Notes: generated from the sequence alone by a model not told the origin. A DNA stretch of 63,920 nucleotides, filler included, from Reticulomyxa filosa (GCA_000512085.1; 20 parts of 20 records of this genome joined end to end with filler, not necessarily neighbours in it); one strand, 5' to 3'; shown: positions 1 through 13,329, counted from the whole stretch's first letter. Translations and numbers: made by a program.

Positions 1-699
1 TTCTGAAAAAAGCCACCTCTCTGCAGAGATTTCTGTGTTTTACCGAAGATAAGAGATGGATGATGCGAAATTATATCCAACATTTGAGTCGACAGACAGA
101 CCAGATTAACCTAACCCCTTTTTTTAAAAATAAGCTCGAGTTTTAAAAACATCAAAATAGACACTCTCTCAAAAAAAAATTTTACTGTGAAACACTACAA
201 ACGCGGAGTACACACATCTGAAATTCTAACTTTCTTACTGCAACGTAGTACTAAAGATTATTGCAAATTTAAACAAATAAGAATTATTTGATCATAAAAT
301 GAAAGAAAATTCAAAAACATACTTTAACTTTTTTGAAATTTGTTTTATTTGAAATACACACGAAAGAATTTCAAAACAATAAACTTTATAAACTACACTT
401 GCACAAAAAAAAATTGAGACGTTCAATTTTGAACTTCACTTTCTTTCAACTATCGACACCAAGGTACTTCAACTTTCCCATTTGCTCGACAGATGCTTTT
501 TGGTTTCTTTGAAGATCTATATCATATGTGTGTATTGACTAAACATATTAAAAAAGCGTCACTTGGATTCACGTTGTTTTATAAAATATCATACAAATGG
601 AAACAATTATATATAAATAAAAAATTACCTGATTCGCTTCGATTTTCCTTTCAATCTGTTTTGTACAATCATACTTCTTTTAAAAAAGTATTGAATCCA

Positions 700-1900
700 A
701 AGAAAAAGAACAGCAATATCGATTCCCCACTTGATACTTGACATCCAATAATATTGATTTGTTTATCATTGGACAAATATCAAACATCTTTATGAAGAAC
801 ACGATAAGCATATGAGATTGTTGTCGTCACTATATAGAGTTCAACTTTTTTGATATTGGATTTCTATTGTCGCAAAAATTTGACTTTGTGCTGCTATGCC
901 TTTCTACTCTCTTGAATCACTACTACTGCTATTTCTGTGGATGTTGCGTTTATATGCTTCCAAGTGCATATCCCAGACAAAAATAAACTGTATTTCGTGC
1001 ACTTCCACGAAAAATTGCTTTCTATGCTAGTCAGTACAAACTTTCAAATGCATATTCAGATATTTTAAACGAACATACACACAATATACGTATATATATC
1101 TGCTGTTAGTGTCGTTGATTGCATAAAGAAAAATAATTAAACTTTTTCAAATGATAGATCCAACATAATTTTAATGTTTGGCAGAAAAGGGAAGAATCCA
1201 ATTACGCTGTCAATGATTTGTCGCCGTTCTGTTGATCACTTTTCTATATCGACTTTGGACATCTTCTTTGTCGGTGCTCAACACTTTGAAGATTGTGATG
1301 CTTCGACATTTGTTCCTTTTGCATGTGGCAACGAGATCGTCGTTTCTATTTTCTTTTCATGTGCACAAACTCTTGCATGGCCTTTCCACTTCGAAATATT
1401 GGTAGTGCTACTGCCGTTAATGTATTCGAGAAGATGCAGATCAGATAAAATTCTTTTTTATCGTCAATACAAGTAAATCTGGATAATTGTAGATAATTAT
1501 TACTACGTATATCTCGATGAACGAATTTTCGTATGATATTTCTTTTATATCCGTTTTTGATGATCACGTAATGAACATTTCTCGCAGCGACTCGCCAATT
1601 GTTTGCAACATTTTTTCATGTGTGTACATATAATTTTTTTCTATTACTGTAAAAAAAACTATTTATTGATGACAACTTTTAGACCTGAGGAGGGCTGGAC
1701 GTATAAATAGCTTGCATTATCATAACGCAAATAATTTTTAATCGCAAAGCAGTTTGTGGAGATTTTGCCAATTATTACTTCCTTTTATTCTGCAAGACTG
1801 TTCGACATTCTTTTATTCGCTTCATCCAACTGTTCATCAATATGTATACGGCGTTCTCCACTCATTTTAAATCATTTTTTTATTTCCAAATTGGACATCT
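700..1900 (-). pseudogene. Decayed coding remnant of an unidentified family (copy A)
   Basis: Minus-strand protein-like pieces broken by stops (e.g. VHYVIIKNGYKRNIIRKFVHRDIRS...GKAMQEFVHMKRK). 1225-1385 aligns at nucleotide level with 4050-4210. Boundaries approximate. Confidence 0.35.
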
Positions 1901-2449
1901 ATATACACAGACAAGTCTACAAATATATACGTGTTCCTTATACATGAACAAAAAAACGAATACGATGTACAGCAACTTTTCAACAAAAAATACCACCAAG
2001 CAATAACATTGATGTTTGAAAAATATCAAACGATACTAACACGATCCAACATTACCAGCAACTTGCAAATGAAACCAGGACGCAACGTTCAATTGCAACA
2101 ACGACAACAATCCAAATTGCGCGATCACAGCTGACCACAAGGGCAACGTTGCACATACTTCAAGTGGTGCTCATTCTTCTATAACTATTTTCCACGAGCA
2201 GGAACACAATCTAATGTTACAACACACAACAAGATTTTTTTAAAGAGATTTCACAGAGTTTATATAAAAGATTAGACTTAACTTGACACTGGGCACAAAT
2301 TTTTTAAAAATTTCAAATTATTTAGCTTTTTTTTTTTTTCTTATTTTTCTTACATTTTTTTTTATCTTCATTTTCTTCATTTTCATTTTTTCTTTTATTT
2401 TCATCTTTTTTTTTTAATTTATTTTATTTTCAATAAAAATTCTTTTATC

Positions 2450-2650
2450 CATTTTTTCCCAACCCTTTTTCCAATCAATTTTTATCTTTTCCCCCAACAT
2501 TCTTTTCCAATCATTCTTTTCACTTGTTTTTTTCCCAATATTTTTTTCAACAATTTTTCACCAACGTTTTTTTCACATCGTTTTTTTCACCGTGTTTTTT
2601 TCCCAATGTTTTTTTCCCAACATTTTTTCACCAATTTTTATAATCCCCAA
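2450..2650. repeat. Degenerate ~13-14 bp T-rich tandem repeat (TTTTTTTCCCAAY / TTTTTTCACCAAY)
   Basis: About a dozen successive units such as tttttttcccaata, tttttcaccaacg, tttttttcccaatg, ttttttcaccaat. Confidence 0.6.
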
Positions 2651-3949
2651 CAAGCCCTTTTTTCAAAGAAAATAAAAAACAAAATATTATTTCACAATTT
2701 TTCTTGTCGCTTGCAAGCTATAATATAACAAATACGTCTTTTTTATTTTAAACAAAAACAAATAAAATTTTTACCTTGGTTGATGGAGACAAGCTCCAAT
2801 TTATATCCAATTTTTATATTTTTTTTCTTTTGTCATGGATGAAACTCATCCAAAAAAACCATTTTATTTTATGAAGAGAGAGCAAAAAAATATATATTTT
2901 CATTGATGGGGGCATGCCTATTGATAAATACAAACAAACAAAATCAAATTTTTATAATAAACACAAACGTACAAATAAATGTACAAACCCTTATTATTTT
3001 TTTTTCCATGCGGGATGGACTTCAACCCCAGATTTTTTCTTTGTAGGGGAGGTGAGGTAAAACACATTTTATTTTTTTTGATAGACTGGTGACGGCTGTT
3101 GTCAAACATACCAAAGTTGAATATATTAAAAAAAAATAAATAAATAGATAACAAACCTTTGTAACTACTTTCGGAGACGGGGACCGTACCCCATTTATCA
3201 TTTTTTTTTCTTTTGCAGAAGGATGCACAGCATCCAAAATAACAATTCATTTTTTTTTTCAAATGAGAGTCTGTTGAAAACACAAACAGACTTTTCTTCT
3301 TCAGTTGAAAAAATATAAAAAAATACAAAAAAATCATACTGTTGCAAGGTTGGACTGGGAGGGTAATATCACCCCAAATACAAGTTGGCAGAAGGAAAGA
3401 CGACAAAAAAGGAAAGAAAAAACCCTTTTTTTTTGTTCAGTAAAACGTAATGTGTTTATAAAAAAAAGATGGAAAATTGCAAATTTTGAAATATTTCAAT
3501 ATTTTAGACGAAATTACTTAAAGAATTGCTGAAATTTTGTGTAACATTTGCTTTCTAAAAAAAACTTAGCAACACGTAATTAAATATTATAATTGTCTTT
3601 TGGAATGAATATTTAATGGAATATTATTCACATTTTGAATAATTTTTTTTTTTTTTCTCTGAAAGTGAAAAAGTTTTCCTTTTTTAGAAAAAGTTCTGCT
3701 TTTGCAAATGTGATTTGGCTCTTCTCTCTTCAAACAATCTAACAAACCAAACTTACACAACATGGAACTCACTCTCAAATAACTCCTTCTCCAATGTATT
3801 ATTCTACAAAAGTGCAAAAGAATATGGACGCAAAACTAGATTTTTGTATACGTAATGAACATTGCACATAATCTAGAAGATTAAAATAAATGCAAAAAAT
3901 GATCATTCATTTTTAATGTGTGGAAAAAAATTAGCGAATCAAAATATTT

Positions 3950-5800
3950 CTTCTCAAGAGTTACTCTTCGTCGCCCATTTTCAATATCTCGTTCGTTGTA
4001 TATGCTTGTGGAATAGGAGATTGGAGAACAAAGCTACGCCGTCAAGGATTTTAGTTGATTACTTTTATACATCGACTTTGGCGTCTTCTTTATCAATATC
4101 AGCACTTTGATTATTGTAATGACTTCGATGTTGGCCTTTTTGTCTTATGGTAGCGAGATCGTCGTTGCCATTTTCCTTTTCTTTTCATTATGCACAAATT
4201 CTTGAATGGGTCTTTCTTTTACAAGCAACTAACCAATGTTCACAACATATTTTCGTGTTTGTATATATAATTTTTGAAAGACGTTTTTTGGTTTGTCTTT
4301 TTTTCCTGTCTATCTCTGTTTCTAAAAAGACAAACTATTTGTTGATGAAAATGTTTGGACCATTTATGAATTGCAAATAATATCAATATACTATAGCTGG
4401 CAATGTCGTCCAATTTTGGCTGATTCGAACAATTGTTGTGTTGGCCATTATCTTTCACATTTCCACTTTGTTGCAACGATTGTCACAATCAACAACGTAT
4501 CATTTCGCGTGTGCGTGTGATATGACAAGACATATCCAATATCCAAACTGTAGCTGGATTTATGGAAAAGGATACGTCAATGGACAGCGATTGCAAATGG
4601 AGCGATTTCAAAATTTCTTCTTCAAAATCTTCCAAGTGTTTTGATCTTATTCTAAATACACAATACATCAATATCTATTTTTTTTATAGAAATTATTTTA
4701 TCATTTCCTTCATGAGAATATAAAAAGTATAAAATAATATAATGAACTTTGACATCTTCTTCATTTATCCATTTTCTAATAAATTCTTGATAGAATATAA
4801 ATAAATCACAAATCAATTATCTTCTGAATCCTTGGACGACGGTCAAATTCGATATTGGCGATATTTAGACCATTTTCAATAATTTTCTGTTAATGGATAA
4901 AATGATGCTAACAGCGAGCAGAAATGAGAAGGCAGTCGTTGCATGTCGATTTGGAAATGTCTGTCACAAGTTCAAATATCATTTATTCCAATCCTTGATT
5001 GATTTTTGAACCGATTTTATTGGCACTAATGTAGATGAACGTTCTGTCGGATATTACACCAAATGATGGCATTAAAATTGTTACGCAAAGGAGAATTTAC
5101 TGCCTTTATATGAACAAATATCGAATGAAATACTTTGATCAATGAATGCGCCATTGCCGGTATTAAATTGCACTTTTAGTTCTTTTTTCGGTGCCCAACC
5201 TATTATTATCATTATTTATTATTATTATTGTTGTTGAAATCGATGTATAATCTGTATAGGTTTGGAAGAGGCAAATATGCTATTATTTACATCTTTTCAT
5301 CATTATTTTGATTTTCTTGATCTTGTTCCAAATGCAACTATCCAATTATTACTTCCTCCTTCTTGGTATGATCCACAACTCCGCAGCTGCTTTGCCTATT
5401 TTGATGTGTCATTGTGTCATTGTTTCATTTCACCATAAAAAAAAAATTTATTACAGGAAAATAACCACGAAACAAGTGTCATAAACGACAGTGAACGCTT
5501 CCTCCTCAATGTAATGTTTCTTTTTTGCTTGTCCACACGTAGAATTACAAAAGTATTGGATAACATATCGTTGCAATCAATATCAAAGACATCGATTGTT
5601 GCCTACATGAACGCAAAGTGGATTCGTCGATGAAATTATCTTTCGCAATCTCTTCCAACAATCGCTGTTAAACAGCATTGAGAACATGTTTACGAGCTTC
5701 GAGAATTCGAATTTGGTAATCATAGTTTTCTGTCTTGGATTTTGCCACGACCATTTGAGCACGAATTATCACCTTTGTTGCTTGTCAATCTTATTTCAAA
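3950..5800 (-). pseudogene. Decayed coding remnant of an unidentified family (copy B)
   Basis: Minus-strand fragments with stops and frameshifts (KVQFNTGNGAFIDQSISFDICSYKG; KIIENGLNIANIEFDRRPRIQKIIDL). Shares blocks with 1225-1385 and ~1650-1690. Confidence 0.35.
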
Positions 5801-6166
5801 CATTTTTTGAAAATGTGCAATGCAACACTCACTCAATCAATCAAAGCGTATTCAAAAAAATAAAAATAAAAATAAAACCATCAATCAATTGTACCTCCGT
5901 CACTTTTTATTTTTTTGCATATTCCAATGCAACAGCTATCCTGCCCAACGAATCGTCATGGATAAGATCTTTATCAAATTTTTTTGCTACAGATCGAATA
6001 CTAGCTGCACCAACCAGCATATCAACAGCAACTCTTTCTTAAAAGCAATCAAATGTTTCATTATTTNNNNNNNNNNNNNNNNNNNNNNNNNNNNNNNNNN
6101 NNNNNNNNNNTTAATTAATTAANNNNNNNNNNNNNNNNNNNNNNNNNNNNNNNNNNNNNNNNNNNN

Positions 6167-6450
6167 ATCTCGGTGTGCGGAGCGCCGATCGGAACGAAGT
6201 CGAGAGCGGCCATCTGTTGCGGAAGGCGTTTGCGAAAGTCGTCGATCAGCTTTCGCGCGTCCTCCTTGGCGGAGGCGACAAATACATCGGGTTGAATGCC
6301 GGTGTCGGCGGCGTTCACGAGTTCGGCGTCGATGACATGGACGAATGCCATCTCCGCTCCCGTGAGCTGCGCCAACTCTGCCGCGACATCGGCCGCGTGC
6401 GCCGAAACGGGCTCGCCATCGACAGCAATGAGAATCTTCTGGAAGATCAC
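6167..6450 (-). CDS. uspA: Universal stress protein (UspA family), 3' truncated by contig end
   Basis: FQKILIAVDGEPVSAHAADVAAELAQLTGAEMAFVHVID is the typical Usp N-terminus. The GTG start is preceded by GAGGAGG. Confidence 0.9.
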
Positions 6451-6733
6451 GAAAGCCTCCTCGGATCACGGGAATGCGCCGATGATGCGCTTGATGTGCA
6501 GTGGTAGCTCAAGCTCCAGATCCACAATCGAGCGAAACTGATCCTACGCTCTGGTGAGGAACAGACCAGCGCCACCCGGTCGTCGGCGAATACGATGGCC
6601 GGTCCCATTCATGGCGAAGAAGTATAGCGCAGAAAAGACGAGAAATTCCGAACTGCGGTTGGACCAGGGTGACCCGACAAGCGTTTCTCAACGTAAGCAA
6701 TATCGCTGTGGGAAGCCGCGCGTGGAAATTGGG

Positions 6734-7286
6734 GTGCCGTTGGCGGATTCAGCTGCAGGGTTGTCAGGCCCGTCGATTCTCGTTGTCGAAAGCGATCCGG
6801 CGGCTCGGAGCGTCCTCGCGGAGCATCTGCGGCGCCAGGGTTTCAGCATCGTCGAATCGGAGCATGGTGGGGCCGCGATCAGGACGGCTGTCGCGCGGCC
6901 GTTCGATTTCGTGGTCGCCGATATCGACTGGGCGGGCGTGAGTGACGGTGCGGCACTTGCCCGGTGGTCGAGGAGCAAACCGGCCGGAGACGCGCGTTAT
7001 CCTGACCTCCACGACCCTGTCACACTGGTTCACCGCCGGCGGCACGATGGCCGCGCTGCCGCTCATCAGGAAGCCGTTCCGGCAGGAAGACCTGGATCGG
7101 GTGCTCGCGCCGGTCGCGGTTGCGTCGCTCCCGGGGGCTGAATCGATCTGCGGACCGGCGCGCGAAACGCCGATGCTCGGGATGCTCGCGGCTGATGACG
7201 GGCGACGGTGCAGCTGGATCGCGACCGGCGAGACGATCGCATTGACTCACCCCAACTCGGGCCGTCTTGTGCGGAGCGGCCGGTGA
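6734..7286 (+). CDS. Response-regulator receiver (REC) domain protein with a 1-nt frameshift at ~6977
   Basis: ILVVESDPAARSVLAEHLRRQGFSIVE...FDFVVADID...DGAALARW, then in another frame RPETRVILTS...LIRKPFRQEDL. Removing one A from AGCAAACCGG joins the two halves. Start uncertain. Confidence 0.8.
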
Positions 7287-7328
7287 TATCCCGGTCGCGG
7301 GCCCATCTGCTTCGGTCACGAGGACGTC

Positions 7329-7516
7329 ATGAAGATCTACCACGCCCCCAACACACGCTCGGTCCGCATCGTCTGGCTGTTCGAGGAGTTGGGGCTGCCG
7401 TACGATCTCGAAAAGCACAGGCTCGGGGATCCGGGCATGCGCGCGCCCGAGTACCTCAAGGTTCATCCGATGGGCCGGGTGCCGGCCCTGCAGGATGGGG
7501 ACACCACGATCTTCGA
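7329..7516 (+). CDS. Glutathione S-transferase family protein, N-terminal part only
   Basis: MKIYHAPNTRSVRIVWLFEELGLPYDL...PEYLKVHPMGRVPALQDGDTTIFE is a GST-N domain. GAGGA lies upstream of the ATG. Confidence 0.92.
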
Positions 7517-7759
7517 NNNNNNNNNNNNNNNNNNNNNNNNNNNNNNNNNNNNNNNNNNNNTTAATTAATTAANNNNNNNNNNNNNNNNNNNNNNNNNNNN
7601 NNNNNNNNNNNNNNNNTATATGTATATGTATATGTATTTATATTATATTATATATGCATATGTGAACGTATACATATATGTACATATATTTCATTTGTTT
7701 AAAAAAAAAAATAGGAAAGACAGGTATGGAAGAGGTCTGCTCAAAGAGGCAAGTCGAAC

Positions 7760-10479
7760 ATGCCAGGTGGTGAGAACGCAAACGGATCCAAGGGAAAGCA
7801 AACGAAAACGTCGATAACAGAGCCACTGATGCAGCGGCTGGAAAGTATCGAAATGGACGGCAATGATATCAGCGATGCCTTGGCACAGTTCAAACAAATA
7901 ATCATTCGACAAAAAGAAGAGCTGAAATACAGAAACGAACAAATAGCACAGAAAGAACAAATACACGCCGCAGCCGTCGAACAAATGAAGAAAGAATTTG
8001 CCCAAGAGTTGCAACGTGTCAAATCTCAAGCACAAGTTACACCTTTTTAATTTATGTATTTTTATATTTGTGTATTTTTATGTATTACGTGTTATATGTG
8101 CTTTTTATGTTTGTGTATACGTGTATATATGCATGTACGTCCCGCATGTATATTGTCGAAATAAAAAGATAATCGCGAAAATAAATAAAAAAAGATAGGC
8201 AGAAATTGATCAATTGAAAATCCAATTGGAAACATTGAAAGCAGAATTGACGAGTGAAAAACTGGCGAAAGTGGAGATTGCAAAAGCGTTGGAACAGAGT
8301 CAGCAAGAGGTCAATGCGCAAGCAAAGTTGATTCAGATGGGCATTGCTAATAAAAACGACAATAAGACAGCCAATAATAATAATAATAATAATAATAATG
8401 AATCATCGACGGTGGCAGAATTACGTAATCAGATATTCACATTGGAAAAAGAATACATGCAACTATCGGAAATGTGCAGTAACTTGCAAACGAAAGAGGC
8501 GCTATTTGAGAAGGAGAAGGAGGAATGGACTCGTCAGAACGAGCTGAAAGCACAGTGGATGAACGAGCAAAAGGTGATATCGAACGAATTGAAGGACTCG
8601 ATAAAAATCTTGCAGCAACAATTATTGGAGTCGAAGAACGATCGAAGCGACCTGATCGAGGCCTTGCAATCGCAATGGGAGGAAAGCAAGCAAGAGATCA
8701 TCCAATTGAAGGAGGAGATTGCGTACTACAAGCAAGAGATTGAAAAGTGGACAATGAATGAAAAGGATCGGAGCAGCGAGCCAACAGATAAGGAGATTGA
8801 GCAAATCCGCGAATTGAAGAATGAAGTTGCGCAATTGAAGCAGCAGTTGAGCGAGGAAATTAAAAAGAACACCACACAAAGCAAGAACAATGAGTTGATG
8901 ATGAAGCGTCTGCAGAACCCGCAGAGTAAAGAGCGTCAGCACTCAATGTCGATTTTGTCGTATTTGCCACAGCCCGACGAAGTCATAGTTAATTGTACGG
9001 ATATTATTAAGAATTATTACAATGGTATTAAATTGAATGGAGACAAAATGGTGCAAGAGTTTGATGCTTTTTTGCGATACGTGCGTGTCCCTAAAGCTTC
9101 ATTAGATGCTTCTTCTTCTTCTTCTTCTTCTACTACTATGACGAATATGACGAATATGACGAATATGACGAATATGACAATAGCGAATAAAAAAAGACCC
9201 ACTGGCAGTGATGAAAATGAACTAGGCGTAAAGTTTTCAAACGAACAGAAACAAAAAGGCGTGGTCGGCATCATCGAGGGCTTGCTGCTGAGTCGCAAGG
9301 AAATGATGGACAAGTATCGCAAGTTACGTCAAGAGTGGCAACAATTGCAAGACGACATTGTCGAGATGAACGTGAACCACACCAACCAAATCAACACGTA
9401 CATTGAGGAAAAGCACGTGCAAGATGCAAAGTACAGTCTGCTGAAGCAGGAAAACGCCAAGCTCACCGTGCTTATCGACAAATACAAACACCAAATCCAA
9501 AAGTTGCAAGAGGAGGAGTATGCCTTGCCCGTGGACTCGGTCACACCTGGTCGTTATACAGCTACTGGTGACGACTTAATTCCTGTCGGAGGAGGAGGAG
9601 GAGGAGGAGGAGGAGGAAGGGGAGCAAGATCAACTACGACGACGACGACGACGACAGCAATGACAGCAATGACGACGACGGCGACAGCGACGGCGACGGT
9701 GAAGAGACCGACCAACGGAGGAACAATGACCGACTTAGACGTAAATTACAAACAATACAAGGATCGTATCGAGATATTGGAAAAGGAACTCCAACAACTG
9801 AACGACAAACATAAACACGACGAAAACTTGTGGAGAAGCGAACGTGCCGAAATGGAGTCGGAAAAAGTGGCGTTTGAAAATGAATTGCGAACGATGGTCA
9901 ATCATTTGGACGAAATCATGACCGAAAGACAACAGTTTGAACATCACTCTGAGCGCTGGCAAGCCATGTATTATCAGCTGTTGGAGGCCGTTCATGACAA
10001 GGGCTTGGAAATATCCATTTCTATGCCTTTGGATCACAATATGCTCTCTTTGGACAAGGACGATCATCAACAGCATAATCACCATCAACAGCATAATCAT
10101 CCTTCCAATGACTCCAGAGTACGACATTTGGAAACGTTCAGTGTCAGTGTCGATGAAGACAATGACAGAATTAGAATGAATAATAATAACAATGGTAATG
10201 GCAATAATGATTATAATAATGACGATGCCAACAACGAAAAACGTGACAGGGATAGAGACTCGGACAATGACAGCGACTTTGAAATGAAAATGCAAAAGAA
10301 AACATTCAAGTCCGCCGTGGACACTACAAAGATGGCCAAATTGAAAACCGGCAAAGTTGGAAAGACAGACGCCATTCAAACAGATCAGTTGAAAAGCCAT
10401 CAAAGTATAGTCAACCCGCAATCCTCTTCGTTTGCAAAGTCGATGTTCGCCTCGCCTTCGCTCTCCGCCGCTGCTCCAG

Positions 10480-10511
<32 letters not shown>

Positions 10512-11511
10512 ACTGCTGTTGGTATTGCCACGACTTCTCCTTCATCACGGACTTCTGTTGCCTTCAATCCCTTTGGCAACAACAATAACAACGCAAATCC
10601 GCCAAAACAAAGTATGAAAAAAGACGGGCCATTAGTATTCAACTTGGCGAAATTGGAAGCCTCCGTATCGAGTGCCAAAGTACCGAATTTAGACTTGAGC
10701 AGTGCCAATGGCAATGGCAATGGCAATAGCAATAGCAATAACAATAACAATCAATGGCAATGGCAATGATAATAGTGGAGGGGATGCACGCAGTTCGAAA
10801 AAGCACGAAGTGGAAGTGTCACATAGCAACTCGAAGAGTCACAGCCAAAGCAAGGATAAAGGCGACCGCGAGGAAAAACGTGAGAATGCCATCGAGGAAC
10901 AAGAGGAAAACGAAATCAATGCTTACGTCACATTCGATGAGCCGGACGAATTCAATTTCCTCGAACTCAAATACCGAACCATGTATGAACAGGTGCTCGC
11001 CGAACAGAGGGACTATGATCTCACGTATGCGTCGGCGTCACTCTATCACAGTCAAGATAACACTCTTGGCAGCGTGCATATGGGTCTCGCACGCGAAATC
11101 GAAGAACAAGAAAAAGCCTTGGCTCAGCTCCAAGGCTGGATCGACAAAAAGTCTCCGCACTTTACCAAAGGCTGGCAACGTCGATGGCTTGTCGTCTGCG
11201 ATTACAACTTGCTGTATAGCAAGGAACAGAAGAAATACTCGGAGCTCAAAGCCATGGATTTGCAAACTCTCTCCGGCAAGACCCTTAATGTCATCCCTTT
11301 GGTTGTCATCCAATACGTGGTCCAAACCGATCCACAGAAAACTGGGCGTCGCTTCGAAGTTGTCGCCAGAGACCCACGCAGCGGCGATCGTAGGCATTAT
11401 CAATTCCGTGCAAACTCCAGAGAGGAATGCACCTTTTGGGTTGATGGGCTTAATGCTCATCGCAATTTGTTGCTCACCAAACTTACCAAACTCACTCAAA
11501 TGAGGTCGTAA
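7760..11511 (+). CDS. Long coiled-coil protein with a C-terminal PH domain
   Basis: Exon 7760-8035, GT..AG intron 8036-8198, in-frame exon from 8199. E/K/Q-rich heptads. Frameshift in the AAT/AAC microsatellite at ~10750. PH motifs QGWIDKKSPHFTKGWQRRWLVV...YQFRANSREECTFWVDGL. The 5' end may lie further upstream. Confidence 0.8.
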
Positions 11512-11646
11512 CAAAAAAAAAAAAAAAATATATATATATGTACTTTNNNNNNNNNNNNNNNNNNNNNNNNNNNNNNNNNNNNNNNNNNNNTTAATTAATT
11601 AANNNNNNNNNNNNNNNNNNNNNNNNNNNNNNNNNNNNNNNNNNNN

Positions 11647-12880
11647 GTAGATTATTATCTTTTATAAATTAATATTTATTTAAATTAAATACACTAATAT
11701 AATGTGGATAATAATTGATAAATAACAAATTATTATTGACTCCACCAAGTACTGCAAGCATTACATGATAATTATTATAATCTTTTTCAATATTAATTAT
11801 ACTATTATTATTGTCTGTTAAAGGGATCAATTCATTTTGATGATTTGCTTTACTTACATTATCCCAAACGCTTATATATTTCATAAGTAATGTATGTTTG
11901 TAATGTCCACCAAAACACAACAAAGTGATTTGATTAATGTCTTTGTTGTTATATATTAATTTCACTACACAGTGTCCCCATAATATAACATAACCTGGAT
12001 AATAACAAATAAAATTATATTCATTTTTAATTTTATGATAAGAATAACAAGAGTTTTAGTTGTAGCATCCACAAATGATGATTCCATGTTTGTGCAACAC
12101 ACATTGAGATTTAATAAGTTGAATAGTTAACTCCTTCAAAGTTTGAAATATCTGGTCGGTCGTTGCCATTGTCGTTGCTGTTGTTGGTGTCGGCGTTGGC
12201 GTTGGTATTGGCACTGTCGGAGTCGTTGAATTTTTCACCTATTTGTTTCACATTCAAACATTGACGTCATGTGTTTGTCAAGCCCCCTCCCCCCTCTTCT
12301 CAAAGTCAAAGCAATGTCATTTAATATTTTGTGATTATATCAAACATAATTAAAAAAAAAGTCAAATGGCTCTTTTTTTAAATTATTATTATTATTATTA
12401 TGTTTATTTGTATCTGCTGTATTGCACCAAAAATCGTCCAAGAGATTGACTTGAGAATTCTCGTCGATCCGCTGGTTATCTTCGTTATGTTGGGCTTGCA
12501 AAGGAACATTGGACGACAACAACGGCAGCGACGACGAAGACTAAGGTGCCAATGACGATTTGAAATCTTGCTCTTTACTTGCAACTGCAACTGCAGTGAC
12601 ATTATCGTCGTGGTTGTTGTCGTTGCTATGCAAGGTCATCATTGCCACTAAGGCGTCGTTGTCATTGGCAACTTGAGCATGCTGTTCCGTTGGATGTTCC
12701 TTGTCTTTGACACCTTTCAAATCGCTGTGGCTATGACTGTGATTGTTGTCGAATGGTACCAAATGCGAAAACAAATCATCCATCTTCCATGAGAAATCTT
12801 CTTGATGTTCTAATTTTTTGGGGTCTGGTTCACTGCTTGCTTTTTCAATGCTCACTGGTTCATTTTGCTTTTCATTTTTT
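11647..12880 (-). pseudogene. Kelch-motif family pseudogene with a low-complexity N-terminal extension
   Basis: ORFs 12855-12541 and 12522-12340 are in one frame, separated by an in-frame TAG. A phase-0 intron leads to QIFQTLKELTIQLIKSQCVLHKHGIIICG, then ...GHCVVKL...NQITLLCFGG..HTLLMKYISVW, with further lesions. Confidence 0.65.
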
Positions 12881-13329
12881 TTTTTTACCCTTCGGTATAC
12901 GTCTTTTTTTAAGAGGTTAGAAAAATGGAGAGAAAATTTCGAGAAAAAAATTAACTAAAAAATACAACAATCTATTTCTATCCATATTTTTGTAAATATT
13001 GAAAGATCTATCATGAAATTGTTGATAATCAAGATTATCGTGATATTTTTTTTAATCAGTTTTATTATCTAATATTTTTGTTTTTAAATTTTCCAATGAT
13101 AATTTCAACGAAAATCAACAAATTCAACTAAAAGATTTCAAAATTTGCCTTGCAAAGAAAGCATCGTGTCTTTTTGTANNNNNNNNNNNNNNNNNNNNNN
13201 NNNNNNNNNNNNNNNNNNNNNNTTAATTAATTAANNNNNNNNNNNNNNNNNNNNNNNNNNNNNNNNNNNNNNNNNNNNTAAAAAAAAAAAAAAAAAACAG
13301 ACAAAAATAATGACACTATGGTGGTGTCG

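Larger units (their letters stand above)
6167..7516. other. GC-rich bacterial contig (contaminant or associated bacterium, probably alphaproteobacterial)
   Basis: Whole contig is GC-rich, has no introns, has Shine-Dalgarno-like sites and three bacterial-type genes. It is bounded by spacers on both sides. Confidence 0.9.

Noticed and set aside
5460-5800. Faint resemblance of minus-strand fragments to RNF213-like AAA proteins
   Set aside because: Requires several frameshifts, and no Walker motif was seen. Not supportable by eye.
6067-6166. Recurring N-run/TTAATTAATTAA/N-run block (19 copies) that looks like a regular repeat array
   Set aside because: Artificial contig spacer with stops in all six frames. 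Not biological and not CRISPR. ORFs containing X runs are artefacts.
8344-10750. Many overlapping or antisense ORFs over long genes (also 14741-15637, 40858-41571, 55573-56496, 59719-60958)
   Set aside because: Shadow frames produced by microsatellite-rich coding sequence.
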